Source: Eledone cirrhosa (lineage: Eukaryota). From it: DNA of 64,000 bases. Shown piece after piece: positions 23,896 through 37,869 of this stretch. The translations under genes were made by a program, and so were the position numbers. Location: the NCBI GenBank assembly GCA_964016885.1, contig OZ024750.1, forward strand, positions 54,808,001-54,872,000. The letters run 5' to 3'. The stretch's first letter is position 1; every line of letters starts with the position of its first letter. The notes under the pieces were generated by a model. The model was not told where the DNA came from. It did not search any database and saw only the letters and a program-made list of their open reading frames with translations.

Positions 23896-25294
23896 TCTAC
23901 TATATAAATGGCAATTTCTGTCTGTGTATCTGTGTATAACCAGTTGGCGCCTACACCAGTGATCAGATCCTGATGAAACTTGACACACATGTTAAGCTAA
24001 TATTCAGAAACAGGACGCTAATTAGATTTCAATAAATGGAACCCCTGTGGACATCTTTACAATGGAGGAGGAAAGAGATGTTTCAGTGAGAGAGGGGGAA
24101 GAGGAGATACTACTACAGTATGTTAAACCCCCTCTCCCACTACTCCCCTTCCTCCTCCAAAACGAGGCAACAACTTACTAGAAATATACATATAGAAATT
24201 TCAACCAAAGTAGACGACAATGTGTGTTGTTGATTGTTCTCCATTCTGTAGAGAAAGAGAGTGTAGGGGATTGGGGAGGGGAGAAAATGATAGCGTTCGA
24301 TAACTTTAACTTTTATTTATTCTTTACACACTGTTTAACTCTCCCCCTTCCTCAACCTTACGTCTCTTTCTCTCTCTCTTTCACACAAGACGTACTGTGA
24401 CTGTCTGTTGTGTTGTGTGTCTGGGGAAGTTACAATGTCCACATACACACACACAAACATGCATCTCTATATATATACATATAAAACTGAGGATGTGTGT
24501 GTATGTCCGTACCTACATTACTTCTACAGTTTGCATCCGATTTTCTTCAAATTTGGAACAAACATGGGTTATGTTCCCAGAAATGTTGTAGACTCATAAA
24601 ATTTTCCATGTTTTGTCTAATGTGGCCCCTAGGTGGACGAAGGCTGTACTGGATCACCGTGACTATCATGTCACATGTGCAAAACTTAAATAATTGTTGG
24701 TTAACATTTTACTCATCTTAGTGTGTTACGTCCTTTTTCCTTAGATAAGGCCTCCAAGGAAGAGATCCACCATTGGTCGAAAAACAGCGAAAGCTGAGAG
24801 AGGGAAAAGAAGAAAAGCAAAGGAATCATCAGTGGAGGCTGCAATTAGACGATCGCAAGATGCTGAATGTAAAGCTACTGCAAGAGTGTTAGAAAACTAC
24901 AAGCAGTGTTGTATTTAAGACATAGGTTACTTATGTATTTTGGATGGTAATGGGCACTTTCATTTTTCCAGATATTGATTATAGGGCTTCCCAGGGGCAG
25001 ATAACCCCCTTTAACCACTTCCGTGGTGTCGACTGAAGCACTGCAGTGCATTGCAACAAAACGTCATAACTTCTGTAGTTTGCAACCGATTTTTACCAAA
25101 CTTGACACATGGGCTACGTGCGTTCTCCAGATGAATTGCGACATATTGAGTAGGGGATTCCTGGGGCAGGAACCCCCTTTTGGAAAAAGACGATTGTGTA
25201 CAAGTATAGTTTTCGAAGCAGCACTGAAGTATTGACATGATTGCTATACATGACAGCTATTTAATGCCCGAGATACGCCAGGTACCTCTGCTAG
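23896..25294 (+). mobile_element. Nested non-autonomous Helitrons
   Basis: A|TC..tatataaa 5' ends at 23896 and ~24465; remnant PPRKRSTIGRK N-terminus at ~24750; hairpin-like segment plus CTAG|T at 25291-94. Confidence 0.7.
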
Positions 25295-25529
25295 TCACAT
25301 ATATAATTAAAACTGACAATTCCACCAATAAAGATTTACCTCCCTTTTTGACAATATGAAACTCTCCTCTGTTTGAGGTAAAAATTGTTGGAGGAAAGAA
25401 CTTCCTTTTAATATATTTGCCGGCATGCCCAACAACGGGTCTGTTTGGAAGTGCCTCCCCCCAATAAACAGTGGTGGCCATAAGTGGACTCGGAAACCAA
25501 TGGTCAAACATGCATGTTATGTGTATGAA

Positions 25530-26975
25530 ACATTATTTACACTAAAGAGACTATGGGTCCACAAGAGATTTAGTGAGATACAAGGTGAGTTAACTAAGAA
25601 CTAGGTTTTACATGGGGTCATTGCACTGGAACAGTAAGAAGCAATCGCTTTTAGGAGACAAGCTCTATCAAATATTAAAAGGGTTCCATAGAAACAGTTG
25701 ACAGTTTCTGTTACCTGGGTGACCAAATTAGCAGTGGAGGTAGGTGTTCTGAAAGTACAGAAACTAGAGTAAGAACAAAATGGCAAAGGTTTAGGGTGCT
25801 AATATTACTACTACTCCTAGCTACAAAAGGTTGTTTCTCCAAATTGATGTGTGCATATGAACAGCAATGCTGCATTGCAGTGAGAACCTCAGAAGATTGG
25901 ATAGAAATGAAGCTTGAATTCTCCGATGGATGTGTAATATTAATATACATGAAGGGGAAAGTGTAAATAAACTGAGAGAGAACCTGGGCATGAGAGGGAT
26001 AAGATACAGTATGCAGGAGTGTAGATTGCTGTGGTATGGACATGTGATGTGTATGAAGGTAGAGATGCTGTATAAAAGGTTGACTGCTTGAAATTGATGG
26101 AAGAGGAAGACCTAGGAAAGCTTGGGATGAGGAGGTAAAAACTGACCTGACACCATTGTACCTCTCAAAGGTGATGACACAGGATTGAAATCTCTGGCGT
26201 TATACAGTACTGCAGGAGACCTGCATTCCCATGTCCACGGGTTGACACAACACTTAGTGGTTTGAAGTATGCTCTAATTTTCCTCCTCCCCACATCTTAA
26301 CACTCCACCCCCTTACCAGCTAAGTACTCCACCCTGACCTACCTCTCCAATTCCCACCCTACATACACACAGCCCCACCCCCACTTTCACATCCGATACG
26401 CCTTTCTTGACCAACCCATGTATACAAGTATGGAAAGCTTAACATGCTCTCCCCCAATGCTGCTTAAATGGCTAAAAGCCCTCAGACACTCCTGTAAGGT
26501 GGTCATGCAAGTGTCATGACAGAAGAACACAGAGTCCTCTCTGTTATGTAATATGACAAAAGAGCACCTAACCCTCCCTGCAAGGTAGTCATGCTGGTGA
26601 CATGACAAATAAGCACCCAGTTAACCCAGTGATCTAGACATGACAGGAGGCCTCTAGCCCACCCTGTAAAGTGGTCATGCTAGTGGTAAGACTGAAGGGA
26701 CCCGAACCACCCTTCAAATTGGTGACATGACAAAGAGCAGCAAAAAGCACCCAGTCCACCCTGTAGGTTGGTCATGTTAGCAACACAACAATAAATATCA
26801 AGTCCACCCTGTAAATGTGGTTCGAGTTAGGAAGGGCATCCAGCCGGACAATCCAACCAGAAATGGTTCTTGCATGAGCAAGGCAGGGTTATTTGATCTA
26901 AGTTTTCACACAATAGGACAACTCGTCTGACCCATGCTAGCATGTAAATTGGAGTTTAAATTGTGATGAGGATAA
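25530..26975 (+). mobile_element. Old degenerate RTE 3' portion
   Basis: Remnant tggtatggacatgtgatg (WYGHVM) and RTE tail motifs. Confidence 0.65.
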
Positions 26976-27084
26976 ATACAATATAGGAATATACACGTAT
27001 GTATTATATTCTTTTACTCTTTTACGTGTTCCAGCTATCTGGTTGAGGCCATGCTGGGGCACCGCCCTTCAGATATATGTATAT

Positions 27085-30000
27085 ATATCATCACACATCA
27101 TCACTCATCGACTACTGTCGAGATGATGGATCTCACTCTCATGCCCCAGAATCCCCTGCCCCCAGGTCCTGTCTGCTGATTCCCGTATCCCTAGAGATAA
27201 CGTCAGGGAATGACAGCTTCCTACTCCTAGTCAGGCTGGTGTCAGGGTTCCAGAGCAAGAGAGCGGATATGATTTCATTGCTGGCACGGTGACAGTGGCC
27301 AGCAAATTGAGCTCGCCGGGATTTTAGAAGGGCAGAGGCTCGAGGGAGTTTGCCATAGATTTTAGACAAGGTGGGATGTCGTTTCCAGGATAGGTTTTGC
27401 ACTCTCATTAAGAGGCGGGTATATGTGCCATCCAATCTCCTCTCAAGTTGTGATGTTAGTGTCCAAGTTTCGGATCCATAAAGTAATATGGACTAAAGGG
27501 TTGCTTGGAATATTTCCAGTTTTAGCTTGTTGGTAAGTTGAGATGTCCATATGGCGTGCATGTCATTGCACGCTGACCATGCCATACCTTTCCTGGTTAG
27601 AAAATCTTTTTTGGAGGAGGAGATATATGAGCCAAGATACTTGTAATCTTCCACCTGCTTAAGGGTGGTACCATTAAGGGTTCTGATGGGGTAGTTTGGG
27701 CTGTTTGCGCATCTGTTCACACACTCAGTCTTGGATTCGTTGAGGTACAGTCCAACACAGTTGGACGCTGGCTCTAATGACTTCAAAAGACTCTCAGCAT
27801 TTTCCAGTGACCGACTGATCAATGCGATGTCGTCAGCAAAGTCGGTGTCGGTCAAGTATTTTGCTGGGTAGCGTGAGCTTCTCCTAGGCTGTAGTTGGTA
27901 TCCCCTATCCTGAATCCTATCCACAGACATGCGCAAAACATAATCCACAACAGTGATAAATAGATACGGAGCAAGGGTATCGCCCTGTAAAATTCCAGCG
28001 AGGATTGAGAAAGGTGGTGTTTCCCCATCTGGGGTCAGGACAGTTGATTTGGTATCTGTACACATTACACGTATGGCCGCGATGATTTTATCAGGAATCC
28101 CATAGTGTTGATCTACCTCTCCTAAATCCATTCTGGTTGTTACGAAGGATTGGCTCAAAAAATGGGATTAAGCGGTTAAGAAGAAGCTTGTTGTATATTT
28201 TTGCAGCAATTGCCATGAGAGAAATTCCTCTATAGTTGGTGGCTAAAGAAAGATCTCCTTTTTTGGGCATGGGGATAATTTGAGCTGCATGCCAGACGCT
28301 AGGTGGTTTATTGGTCTCGAAAGTATGGTTACATAAGTTGAGCAAAAGGATGTGGAAATGCTCATCCTTCCAAATCAGGGTAGGTATATTATCCGGCCCA
28401 AAGGCTTTTGAGGCTTTGAGCTGTTTGATGGTTTCTTTGAGCTCAGGCATGGTGAAAGGAGAGGTGTTGATTCCTAAAGGCTCTGAAACCTGAACGGATG
28501 GCAGTTGATAGTTATCAGGGAGTCTGGCCTTTTTCCCTAGAAGTTTTTTAAAATGAGCAGACCAATTTTCAAGACGTTTTTTGGCAGAGCCTCCCTTTAT
28601 TCTAACTGCAGAGTTTGAGTTTTTGCCTGAAAGATCTTTGACAACCTTCCAAGCAAGATGATGGTGTTTGCTGATGTGATGTTGCGATAGCTGATCAATC
28701 CTACCTGAGATATAGTCGGCTTCAGCATTAAGATAAGCGTCGTCTAGTGATTTTTTGGCCATGATAAGCTGTATCTTTTTCCCTTGAGATGGTGATTGAT
28801 GGTGAGATTGGGATATTGACCTAAGATGGGCCCTTGCCTCAACTACCTTCTCTGAGGCACTAGCTTTCATTTGGCTTCGGCTTTTCTTTTTAGATAGGGT
28901 GGCAAGTGCAACTTCCTCTGTTGATTGCTTAAGACAGTCATACACATCCTCAATATTATCGTCATTGATGTCAGAAGTTGAGAGAGATTGAAATCTGTTA
29001 TAGACTTGAAGCGTGAAGCTATTGGATAGTTGTTTGTTGGAAGAAACGGCTTTCCAGTCTATTCTTTTCATGGGGTGAGGTTCGGCCCTCTTGGATATCC
29101 TGAGGCTAAGTTTGATTGTTGCCAAGATGACTCGATGATCTGACCCAACAGAGCTAAAGGAGGAATAATATCTAGAATCTTTGATTGAGTTTCTCCATTT
29201 CTTGCGAAATATCAAATAGTCAATCTGAGCTCGTTTTTGGTTTGGGTATTTGAAGGTCTAAAGCCGGTCTCTGGTCTTCATGAAGCTGTTGTTTGAGCTG
29301 AATAGACTGAATTCTTCCATGAAGTCCTTGAGACATTCCCCGTTTCGGTTAGTAACCCTATTGTATGTGAACTTTACTTCATCCGGGCCAAGTTGAGCGT
29401 TGAGGTCTCCAGCGATGATAAGAAAGTTGTGTAAGGGTACTTGCTCAACAACTGTGCGAAGGGTCATGTAGAATTCTCTTACCTCATCCTCAGGAGAGGC
29501 GTTATGAGGACTGTATACACATATCGCAGTGGTTCTAGGATTGCCCTCTAGTGTAAGCACCAAGATGGGAGAGATTGTTTCAATCCCCAGAAGATTATTG
29601 CTGGCTTTAGATGAGAGAAGGCAGCCGACTCCTCCGACGGAGGCATTGACAGGGTTCTTGGTGGCTGAAGAGGTGACAAGTTGGTAGGATCCTAGGGTGT
29701 GATACTTGAGATCATCCTTTGGGTGGAAAAAGCGGTGTTCTTGGACCGCAAGGATGTCAATGTTCTGAAGTTTGGCATTCTCTGCCAGCTCCTGGAGTCT
29801 AGCTGTTGGAAGGAGGGTTCTGGTGTTCAAGGAGCTAACTATTATTTGCTTTTTACAGCTAACTAAGCGAGATTTGCTTGCTGTTTGGTTAGGACCTGTT
29901 TCTTCTCCATCAGATGAACCCCGTCCCTTGAGATTTGAGGATTCATCATCATTCGATGCCTTTGTAGGTGCATTATGATCAGAAACAGGACCTGGGAAAG

Positions 30001-30823
30001 CAGGGGCTGGACCTATATCAACAGGTATACCATATAGTGTGGTTCCCTGAGGAACAGGAACCCTGGTGCAGTTAATTGTGAAATCCATCATCTTTTCAAA
30101 TAGCTAATAATGTGTGTGGGCGCCACTACTACACACATGTGAAAGAATTTGACAGCCAAGTCTTGAAGAAGGTGCTTTCTCCTCCGTGTGGTGGGTTACC
30201 CGGCGCCAGATACCAACCTGGTATTTATACCCTCGCCCTAATTGTTCGTGTTGCAAGCACTAGAGTAGTCGCTAACCAAAGCTACGGACCCACTCTATCC
30301 GTCTGGAGATACGTTGTACTAGCTTACCAGCATACTAGTAGCAGGAAGTTGACTTTTCGGCGGGCCGTGCTGGTTTTGGATGGCCATTGACTCCAAGAGC
30401 TCTTAAGAGCTCCCAGGAGTTCCTTTGCCCTTCGACAGGTTTTATTTTTAGTCCTGCAGGATGTCCAAAGTCACCTTCCTCACCAAGAAACCTTGGTGGG
30501 GTTGCCAGTTTAGTCGCCAACGACCCGACCATGAGACAGGTTGTACTGGGATACATGTTACCAGTAGCACCAACTGGTGACCTGACCATGTGTGAAATCC
30601 ATCATCTTTTCAAAGACGTATCAGAGAACCTTGAGATTTTCAGCTTCGATCATCACATCGATTGTACCCAGAGCTGGTCGCCAGAGAAACGATTGTAATA
30701 TGTCCACTAAATTCCACTCATCGCAACACTGATTCTCTCTTTTTCTGTGATATACTCTGCTCTATGAGAGCATCGAGTGCTCAAACGGCCTACTGCATAT
30801 GGACGCTTTAAGCATCCAAAACC

Positions 30824-30830
<7 letters not shown>
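27085..30830 (-). mobile_element. RTE-clade LINE (second family), frameshifted, RT partly deleted
   Basis: APE motifs (LNTRTL, AVQEHR, AGDLNA); RT motifs NYRGISL, QNGFR, GILQGD, DFADD, YKYLGS; deletion at ~28105; (GAT)-rich tail. Confidence 0.9.

Positions 30831-30887
<57 letters not shown>
30828..30887. repeat. (TA)n microsatellite
   Basis: Direct reading. Confidence 0.95.
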
Positions 30888-30892
<5 letters not shown>

Positions 30893-32765
30893 TAACAGAT
30901 TAAAGTTTAAGCAAAGAATCGCTGCTTACCCCTTTAACGGGATCTTCTGAAACTAAAAAAAAAATCAATCCATGACCGAAAAAGTAAATATTTCGAAAAA
31001 CTTTGCAACCGAAGGAAAACAGGAAGACGATACTTTGGTTCGTGAAGACGTTCCCTGGCAATGAACGGAAAAAAGCGAAGATAATACGTCGTTATGTGGA
31101 GCGTTGACAACAATTACACGTAAAGACAAAACCACGTTTATGGTATAAATGGAGTCGTAGACTAATATACTATTTAGGAAACTGAATGATTCTCGGCTTC
31201 GGAGTTCAGAATAATGAAAATAAATTAGTATAACGAAAATTACAGAGGTTTTAAAATCATAAAACTAATAATTGTTTCTACTTTTTGGCCAGCAATAACA
31301 CAGTACATTACTGGTACTTTATTTTATCGACCCTGTAAGGATGAAAGGCAAAGTTAACCTCGGTGGGATTTGAACTCACCCCATGCATAAAAGTAATAAT
31401 AATTAAATATATACATACACACATTTATACACGTGCATACGCGAAAACACACACCTTGCATGCATATACATGTACGTACACATAAACACACGCACACGGA
31501 CGTAAACCGGTGCGACACATATATCCGCACACGTACGAACATATACACCAAATACACATATAAATATATATGTGTGTGTATATACATATAATTATATATA
31601 CATATATAAATATACACGCATAAATGCGTATAGAACTCACACATACCTACAGGTAAATACATATATGTTCACCAAACATACATATACCAAACCCTTATGT
31701 ACACATACACACACCATACATACGTGTAAACACACATACACACCCATATATACACATATATATACATACATACGTACATATATGTATGTATATATATATA
31801 TATAGAGAGAGAGAGACAGAGAGAGCAGTTGTAATGGATAATATCGCTGTTATTTCTAGCAGTTAGAGAGACTACGTAGAGGTTCTCTTATTGATATATA
31901 ATTGATATTTTACTGAGTCCTATTTTCTGATTTACAATAAATTAAATACGATTGGAACTGTGTCTGAAGGTATTAAATTATAACAGGGACTTCTAACGTA
32001 TGACACCGGTACGAGAGTTGAAACATTACCAACGACGCCTTGTACCTGCTGTCTTCATTATAACTTTAATTAATCTAATTATATCTTGTGTAACAATTAT
32101 ATATATATACACAATTTTAATTCCCCGACATCAGTCTTACACTGTCATATCTATTCTTACTTTACAATTGTGTCTACTAAGATTTCCATTACAATCTGTA
32201 GTAGTAAAACTACTATTTCACCAGAACATCTGCTATCAGTCATTTATATACAATATATATATTTTAGACCACATATCAACCTAATATATAGATATTTCCT
32301 ATCAAATCTATATCTAAAGACATAAAGTCAGCCTCACTACTTCATTCTGACAAGATATCAATTTATGACTAAAGATGAAGAAGATACACCAACGTTAATG
32401 TCGTGAAATAAAGCTGATAACATTGAAACTTCTAATTTGATAACAAAGAGATTATTTCTTTGGTTGTTTAGTAACAACACAACACATTGATTATATGTGA
32501 AGGAGGTAAGTTGACAAAGATTTACTTAATGTCTATATTAATGTGTGTAAATAATATAATTATGTGAAGCCTACAACGACCCAGTAATTATCTACAAGTG
32601 AAAATATATATAACAACATCAGAAAAATATATTTCTTCCTCCACTTTTATATATAGAAAAGAAACTTCCAAACTGAAATGTTGATGTGATATTTTTCAAT
32701 CATCAGATTTCACTGTTACATGTGATATAAAATATATTGTTATCATGACTGTCTTTATTATTTAA

Positions 32766-34782
32766 CTAGCATTAAAGCCCGGCGTTGCTCGGGGTCATTA
32801 AGTTACCAAAGTTAGGTTGCAGCACTTTTTTGTCTGCCAGGCACTGGGTGAATGAATTGCAGACCTGGAAGCATGAGCTGCGCCAGCAGTGACAATTGTA
32901 GTTTCGCCTATGGATATTATCTCTGTGCAAAAAAGTGTTGAAATTTATTGTTTCACAGTACTTGCGCAACACGCGAGTAGACGATGCCAGCCGAACAACA
33001 GAGCTGCGATGGAGTTGTTCTGCATGGTTGTCTGTGTGTTTTCTAAATTTAAGACAGTAGGGAGGGTTGTGATATGAGGGAGAGTTAGCTGTTGTTTCTA
33101 GCAGGTTTAGTGACCTCATAGAGGATATGTGTTTTCTAAATTTAAGACAGTAGGGAGTGGTGTGATATGAGGGAGAGTTAGCTGCTGTTTATAGCAGGTT
33201 TAGTGACCTCATAGAGGATATGTGTTTTCTAAATTTAAGACAGTAGGGAGTGGTGTGATATGAGGGAGAGTTAGCTGCTGTTTCTAGCAGGTTTAGTGAC
33301 CTCATAGAAGATATGTTTTCTAAATTTAAGACAGTAGAGAGGGGTGTGATATGGGGGAGAGTTAGCTGCTGTTTCTAGCAGGTTTAGTGACCTCATAGAG
33401 GATATGTTTTGTAAATTTAAGACAGTAGGGAGGGGTGTGATATGAGGGAGAGTTAGCTGCTGTTTCTAGCAGGTTTAGTGACCTAATAGAAGATATGTTT
33501 TCTAAATTTTAGACAGTAGGGAGGGGTATGATATGGGGGAGAGTTAGCTGCTGTTTCTAGCAGGTTTAGTAACCTCATAGAGGATATGTGTTTTCTAAAT
33601 TTAAGACAGTAGGGAGTGGTGTGATATGAGGGAGAGTTAGCTGCTGTTTCTAGCAGGTTTAGTAACCTCATAGAGGATATGTGTTTTCTAAATTTAAGAC
33701 AGTAGGGAGTGGTGTGATATGAGGGAGAGTTAGCTGCTGTTTCTAGCAGGTTTAGTGACCTCATAGAGGATATGTGTTTTCTAAATTTAAGACAGTAGGG
33801 AGTGGTGTGATATGAGGGAGAGTTAGCTGCTGTTTCTAGCAGGTTTAGTGACCTCATAGAAGATATGTTTTCTAAATTTAAGACAGTAGAGAGGGGTGTG
33901 ATATGGGGGAGAGTTAGCTGCTGTTTCTAGCAGGTTTAGTGACCTCATAGAGGATATGTTTTCTAAATTTAAGACAGTAGGGAGGGGTGTGATATGAGGG
34001 AGAGTTAGCTGCTGTTTCTAGCAGGTTTAGTGACCTAATAGAAGATATGTTTTCTAAATTTAAGACAGTAGGGAGGGGTATGATATGGGGGAGAGTTAGC
34101 TGCTGTTTCTAGCAGGTTTAGTAACCTCATAGAGGATATGTGTTTTCTAAATTTAAGACAGTAGGGAGTGGTGTGATATGAGGGAGAGTTAGCTGCTGTT
34201 TCTAGCAGGTTTAGTAACCTCATAGAGGATATGTGTTTTCTAAATTTAAGACAGTAGGGAGTGGTGTGATATGAGGGAGAGTTAGCTGCTGTTTCTAGCA
34301 GGTTTAGTGACCTCATAGAGGATATTATTGTTTATCATCTATATATATAAAACTGACTGCACGCCTAACGAAATTTACAGATACATATATTTTAAATAAA
34401 ATTATATAATTTTTGCTTTTTTTTACGAAATATTTGCTTGTTTTACGTAGTCTTTAAATAGACTTGTTTTCAAGTAAAAATTGTGTTAATGTCATTTTAA
34501 ACGCTGAGAAAGCCAGCGTAATTTTTTTAATTTTTGCACGCAGACGCTCAATGTAAACAGAACAAAGGGAAATAACTGATCACTTACGCTCAAAAATCGA
34601 TACATTATATTCGATTTCGTCAGATAGGGCGGGTCAATTTGAAATATTTTTTTTCCGATGTCTTCGCTAGGGCTCAATGTACAAGTATAGCAATTTCGGT
34701 GCAATGCCGTGAGAGATTCTAAGAGGAGATGTGTGCCAAAAATCGATAGACAGACAGACAACCACAGTTTTATATATATAGA
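32766..34782 (-). mobile_element. Non-autonomous Helitron copy 1 with internal 91-93-bp satellite (33036-34325)
   Basis: 5' TCTATATATATAAAACTG; 3' cccgagcaacgccggg hairpin plus CTAG; A|T insertion site. Confidence 0.9.
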
Positions 34783-34785
34783 AGA

Positions 34786-36527
34786 CTAGCATTAAAGCCC
34801 GGCGTTGCTCGGGGTCATTAAGTTACCAAAGTTAGGTTGCAGCACTTTTTTGTCTGCCAGGCACTGGGTGAATGAATTGCAGACCTGGAAGCATGAGCTG
34901 CGCCAGCAGTGACAATTGTAGTTTCGCCTATGGATATTATCTCTGTGCAAAAAAGTGTTGAAATTTATTGTTTCACAGTACTTGCGCAACACGCGAGTAG
35001 ACGATGCCAGCCGAACAACAGAGCTGCGATGGAGTTGTTCTGCATGGTTGTCTGTGTGTTTTCTAAATTTAAGACAGTAGGGAGGGTTGTGATATGAGGG
35101 AGAGTTGGCTGTTGTTTCTAGCAGGTTTAGTGACCTCATAGAGGATATGTGTTTTCTAAATTTAAGACAGTAGGGAGTGGTGTGATATGAGGGAGAGTTA
35201 GCTGCTGTTTATAGCAGGTTTAGTGACCTCATAGAGGATATGTTTTCTAAATTTAAGACAGTAGGGAGTGGTGTGATATGAGGGAGAGTTAGCTGCTGTT
35301 TCTAGCAGGTTTAGTGACCTCATAGAAGATATGTTTTCTAAATTTAAGACAGTAGAGAGGGGTGTGATATGGGGGAGAGTTAGCTGCTGTTTCTAGCAGG
35401 TTTAGTGACCTCATAGAGGATATGTTTTGTAAATTTAAGACAGTAGGGAGGGGTGTGATATGAGGGAGAGTTAGCTGCTGTTTCTAGCAGGTTTAGTGAC
35501 CTAATAGAAGATATGTTTTCTAAATTTAAGACAGTAGGGAGGGGTATGATATGGGGGAGAGTTAGCTGCTGTTTCTAGCAGGTTTAGTAACCTCATAGAG
35601 GATATGTGTTTTCTAAATTTAAGACAGTAGGGAGTGGTGTGATATGAGGGAGAATTAGCTGCTGTTTCTAGCAGGTTTAGTAACCTCATAGAGGATATGT
35701 GTTTTCTAAATTTAAGACAGTAGAGAGGGGTGTGATATGGGGGAGAGTTAGCTGCTGTTTCTAGCAGGTTTAGTGACCTCATAGAGGATATGTTTTCTAA
35801 ATTTAAGACAGTAGGGAGGGGTGTGATATGAGGGAGAGTTAGCTGCTGTTTCTAGCAGGTTTAGTGACCTCATAGAAGATATGTTTTCTAAATTTAAGAC
35901 AGTAGGGAGGGGTATGATATGGGGGAGAGTTAGCTGCTGTTTCTAGCAGGTTTAGTAACCTCATAGAGGATATGTGTTTTCTAAATTTAAGACAGTAGGG
36001 AGTGGTGTGATATGAGGGAGAGTTAGCTGCTGTTTCTAGCAGGTTTAGTGACCTCATAGAGGATATTATTGTTTATCATCTATATATATAAAACTGACTG
36101 CACGCCTAACGAAATTTACAGATACATATATTTTAAATAAACTTATATAATTTTTGCTTTTTTTTACGAAATATTTGCTTGTTTTACGTAGTCTTTAAAT
36201 AGACTTGTTTTCAAGTAAAAATTATTGTGTTAATGTCATTTTAAACGCTGAGAAAGCCAGCGTAATTTTTTTTAATTTTTACACGCAGACGCTCAATGTA
36301 AACAGAACAAAGGGAAATAACTGATCACTTACGCTCAAAAATCGATACATTATATTCGATTTCGTCAGATAGGGCGGGTCAATTTGAAATATTTTTTTTC
36401 CGATGTCTTCGCTAGGGCTCAATGTACAAGTATAGCAATTTCGGTGCAATTCCGTGAGAGATTCTAAGAGGAGATGTGTGCCAAAAATCGATAGACAGAC
36501 AGACAACCACAGTTTTATATATATAGA
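34786..36527 (-). mobile_element. Non-autonomous Helitron copy 2 (head-to-tail) with satellite 35056-36065
   Basis: Near-identical to copy 1 with fewer satellite units. Confidence 0.9.
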
Positions 36528-37614
36528 TTACCTCCGTCTATATTTCAACCACTGGAACAACCTCAAACAAGAAACAGTTGTCACCCTCAGTCAATATTTT
36601 AATGTAAGATATCGAAATAAATGTTATGAGTGTATATAGATAGATGTATGTTGTGTGTGTATATATATACAGTAATCCCCCGCTATATCGCGGTTCACTT
36701 TTCGCGGTCCCGTTACATCGCGGATAGTTCTTTGGAACGTATCTAATTTCCTGTCGCGGATTATTCGTTAGAACATATCTATTTACTTATCGCGGTACGT
36801 CTGAATAAAAAGTGTTTAAAATTTAAACTTATTAAATAAGTTTCAATGTTATTAAAAGGTATATCGTAAGGAAGGGACATCTTAAGGCTTTAATTATAAA
36901 CAAATGTTTATAGTTTTCATTCCATTATTGTTTTACTCTAATCTACTACAAACCCTTCATAGATTGACGGGAGATGTGCAGTGTATTACCAAGTGGCTAC
37001 CGTGGCTGGCAATAGTCCTCATTGGTAATTAGTGGTATGATAGTTGGTGGTAGTTTCTATACGATCGTTACTGGCTGTTTTTGGTGTTTAAATACAAAAG
37101 TGTGTTTTAATGAGTTTATATGTACTTAAAGCATGTATGAGAGGTATTTTAAGGCTTAAACTATGAAAACAACGGTTGTCTTTATAGTCTCTCTATATCA
37201 CGGTTGGTTCTGGAATATATCACGGCTTAGTGGTTAAAGCATAGGGCTTGCAATCGAATGGTTGTGAGTTCGATTGTCGTACCGGGTGATGTGTTGTTTC
37301 CTTGAGCAAGACACTTTATTTCACATTGTTTACTCAGCTGTAGAAATGAGTTGTGATATTACTGGTGCCAAGTTATATCAGCCTTAGCCTTTCTCTTAGA
37401 CAACATTATATATAGTGTATTATATATACTGTACATAGTGTATATATAATATATATATATAGTGTATATATGTTGCGATGTTACTGGTGCCCAGCTGTAT
37501 CAGCCATAGCCTTTCTCTTGGATAACATCATATATAGTGTATAATATATACTGTACAGAGTATATATAATATATATATAGTGTATAATATATATTGTACA
37601 GTGTATATATAATA

Positions 37615-37806
37615 TAATTTTCTACTTTTGGCACAAGGCCAGCAATTATCCCAGTGTATTACTGGTACTTTATTTTATCGACCCCGTAAGGATGAAAGGC
37701 AAAGTTAACCTAGGCGGGATTTGAACTCAGAATGGCAAGGGCGGTAACTCTATGCATCAAAGCATGGCGTCCAACCCTCTACCGATACTGCCAATTCACC
37801 GCCCTA
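37615..37806 (-). mobile_element. Nin-domain SINE with head region
   Basis: Head ggcggtgaattggcag, B box gagttcaaatccc, Nin core. Confidence 0.75.
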
Positions 37807-37869
37807 TAGTATATATGTTGTGATACTGGTGCCAAGCTGTATCAGCCATTACCTTTCTCTTGGACAACA

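Larger units (their letters stand above)
31835..37560 (+). repeat. Paralogous ZNF upstream block (matches ~15380-17500), interrupted by tandem Helitrons; contains exon donor at 32506
   Basis: Colinear exon, MITE and SINE. Confidence 0.85.

Noticed and set aside
30490-30589. HDV-like ribozyme at the RTE 5' end
   Set aside because: P2/P4-like pieces are present but no 7-bp P1 can be placed
33036-36065. 31-aa repeat protein
   Set aside because: Satellite units alternate between 91 and 93 bp, breaking the frame
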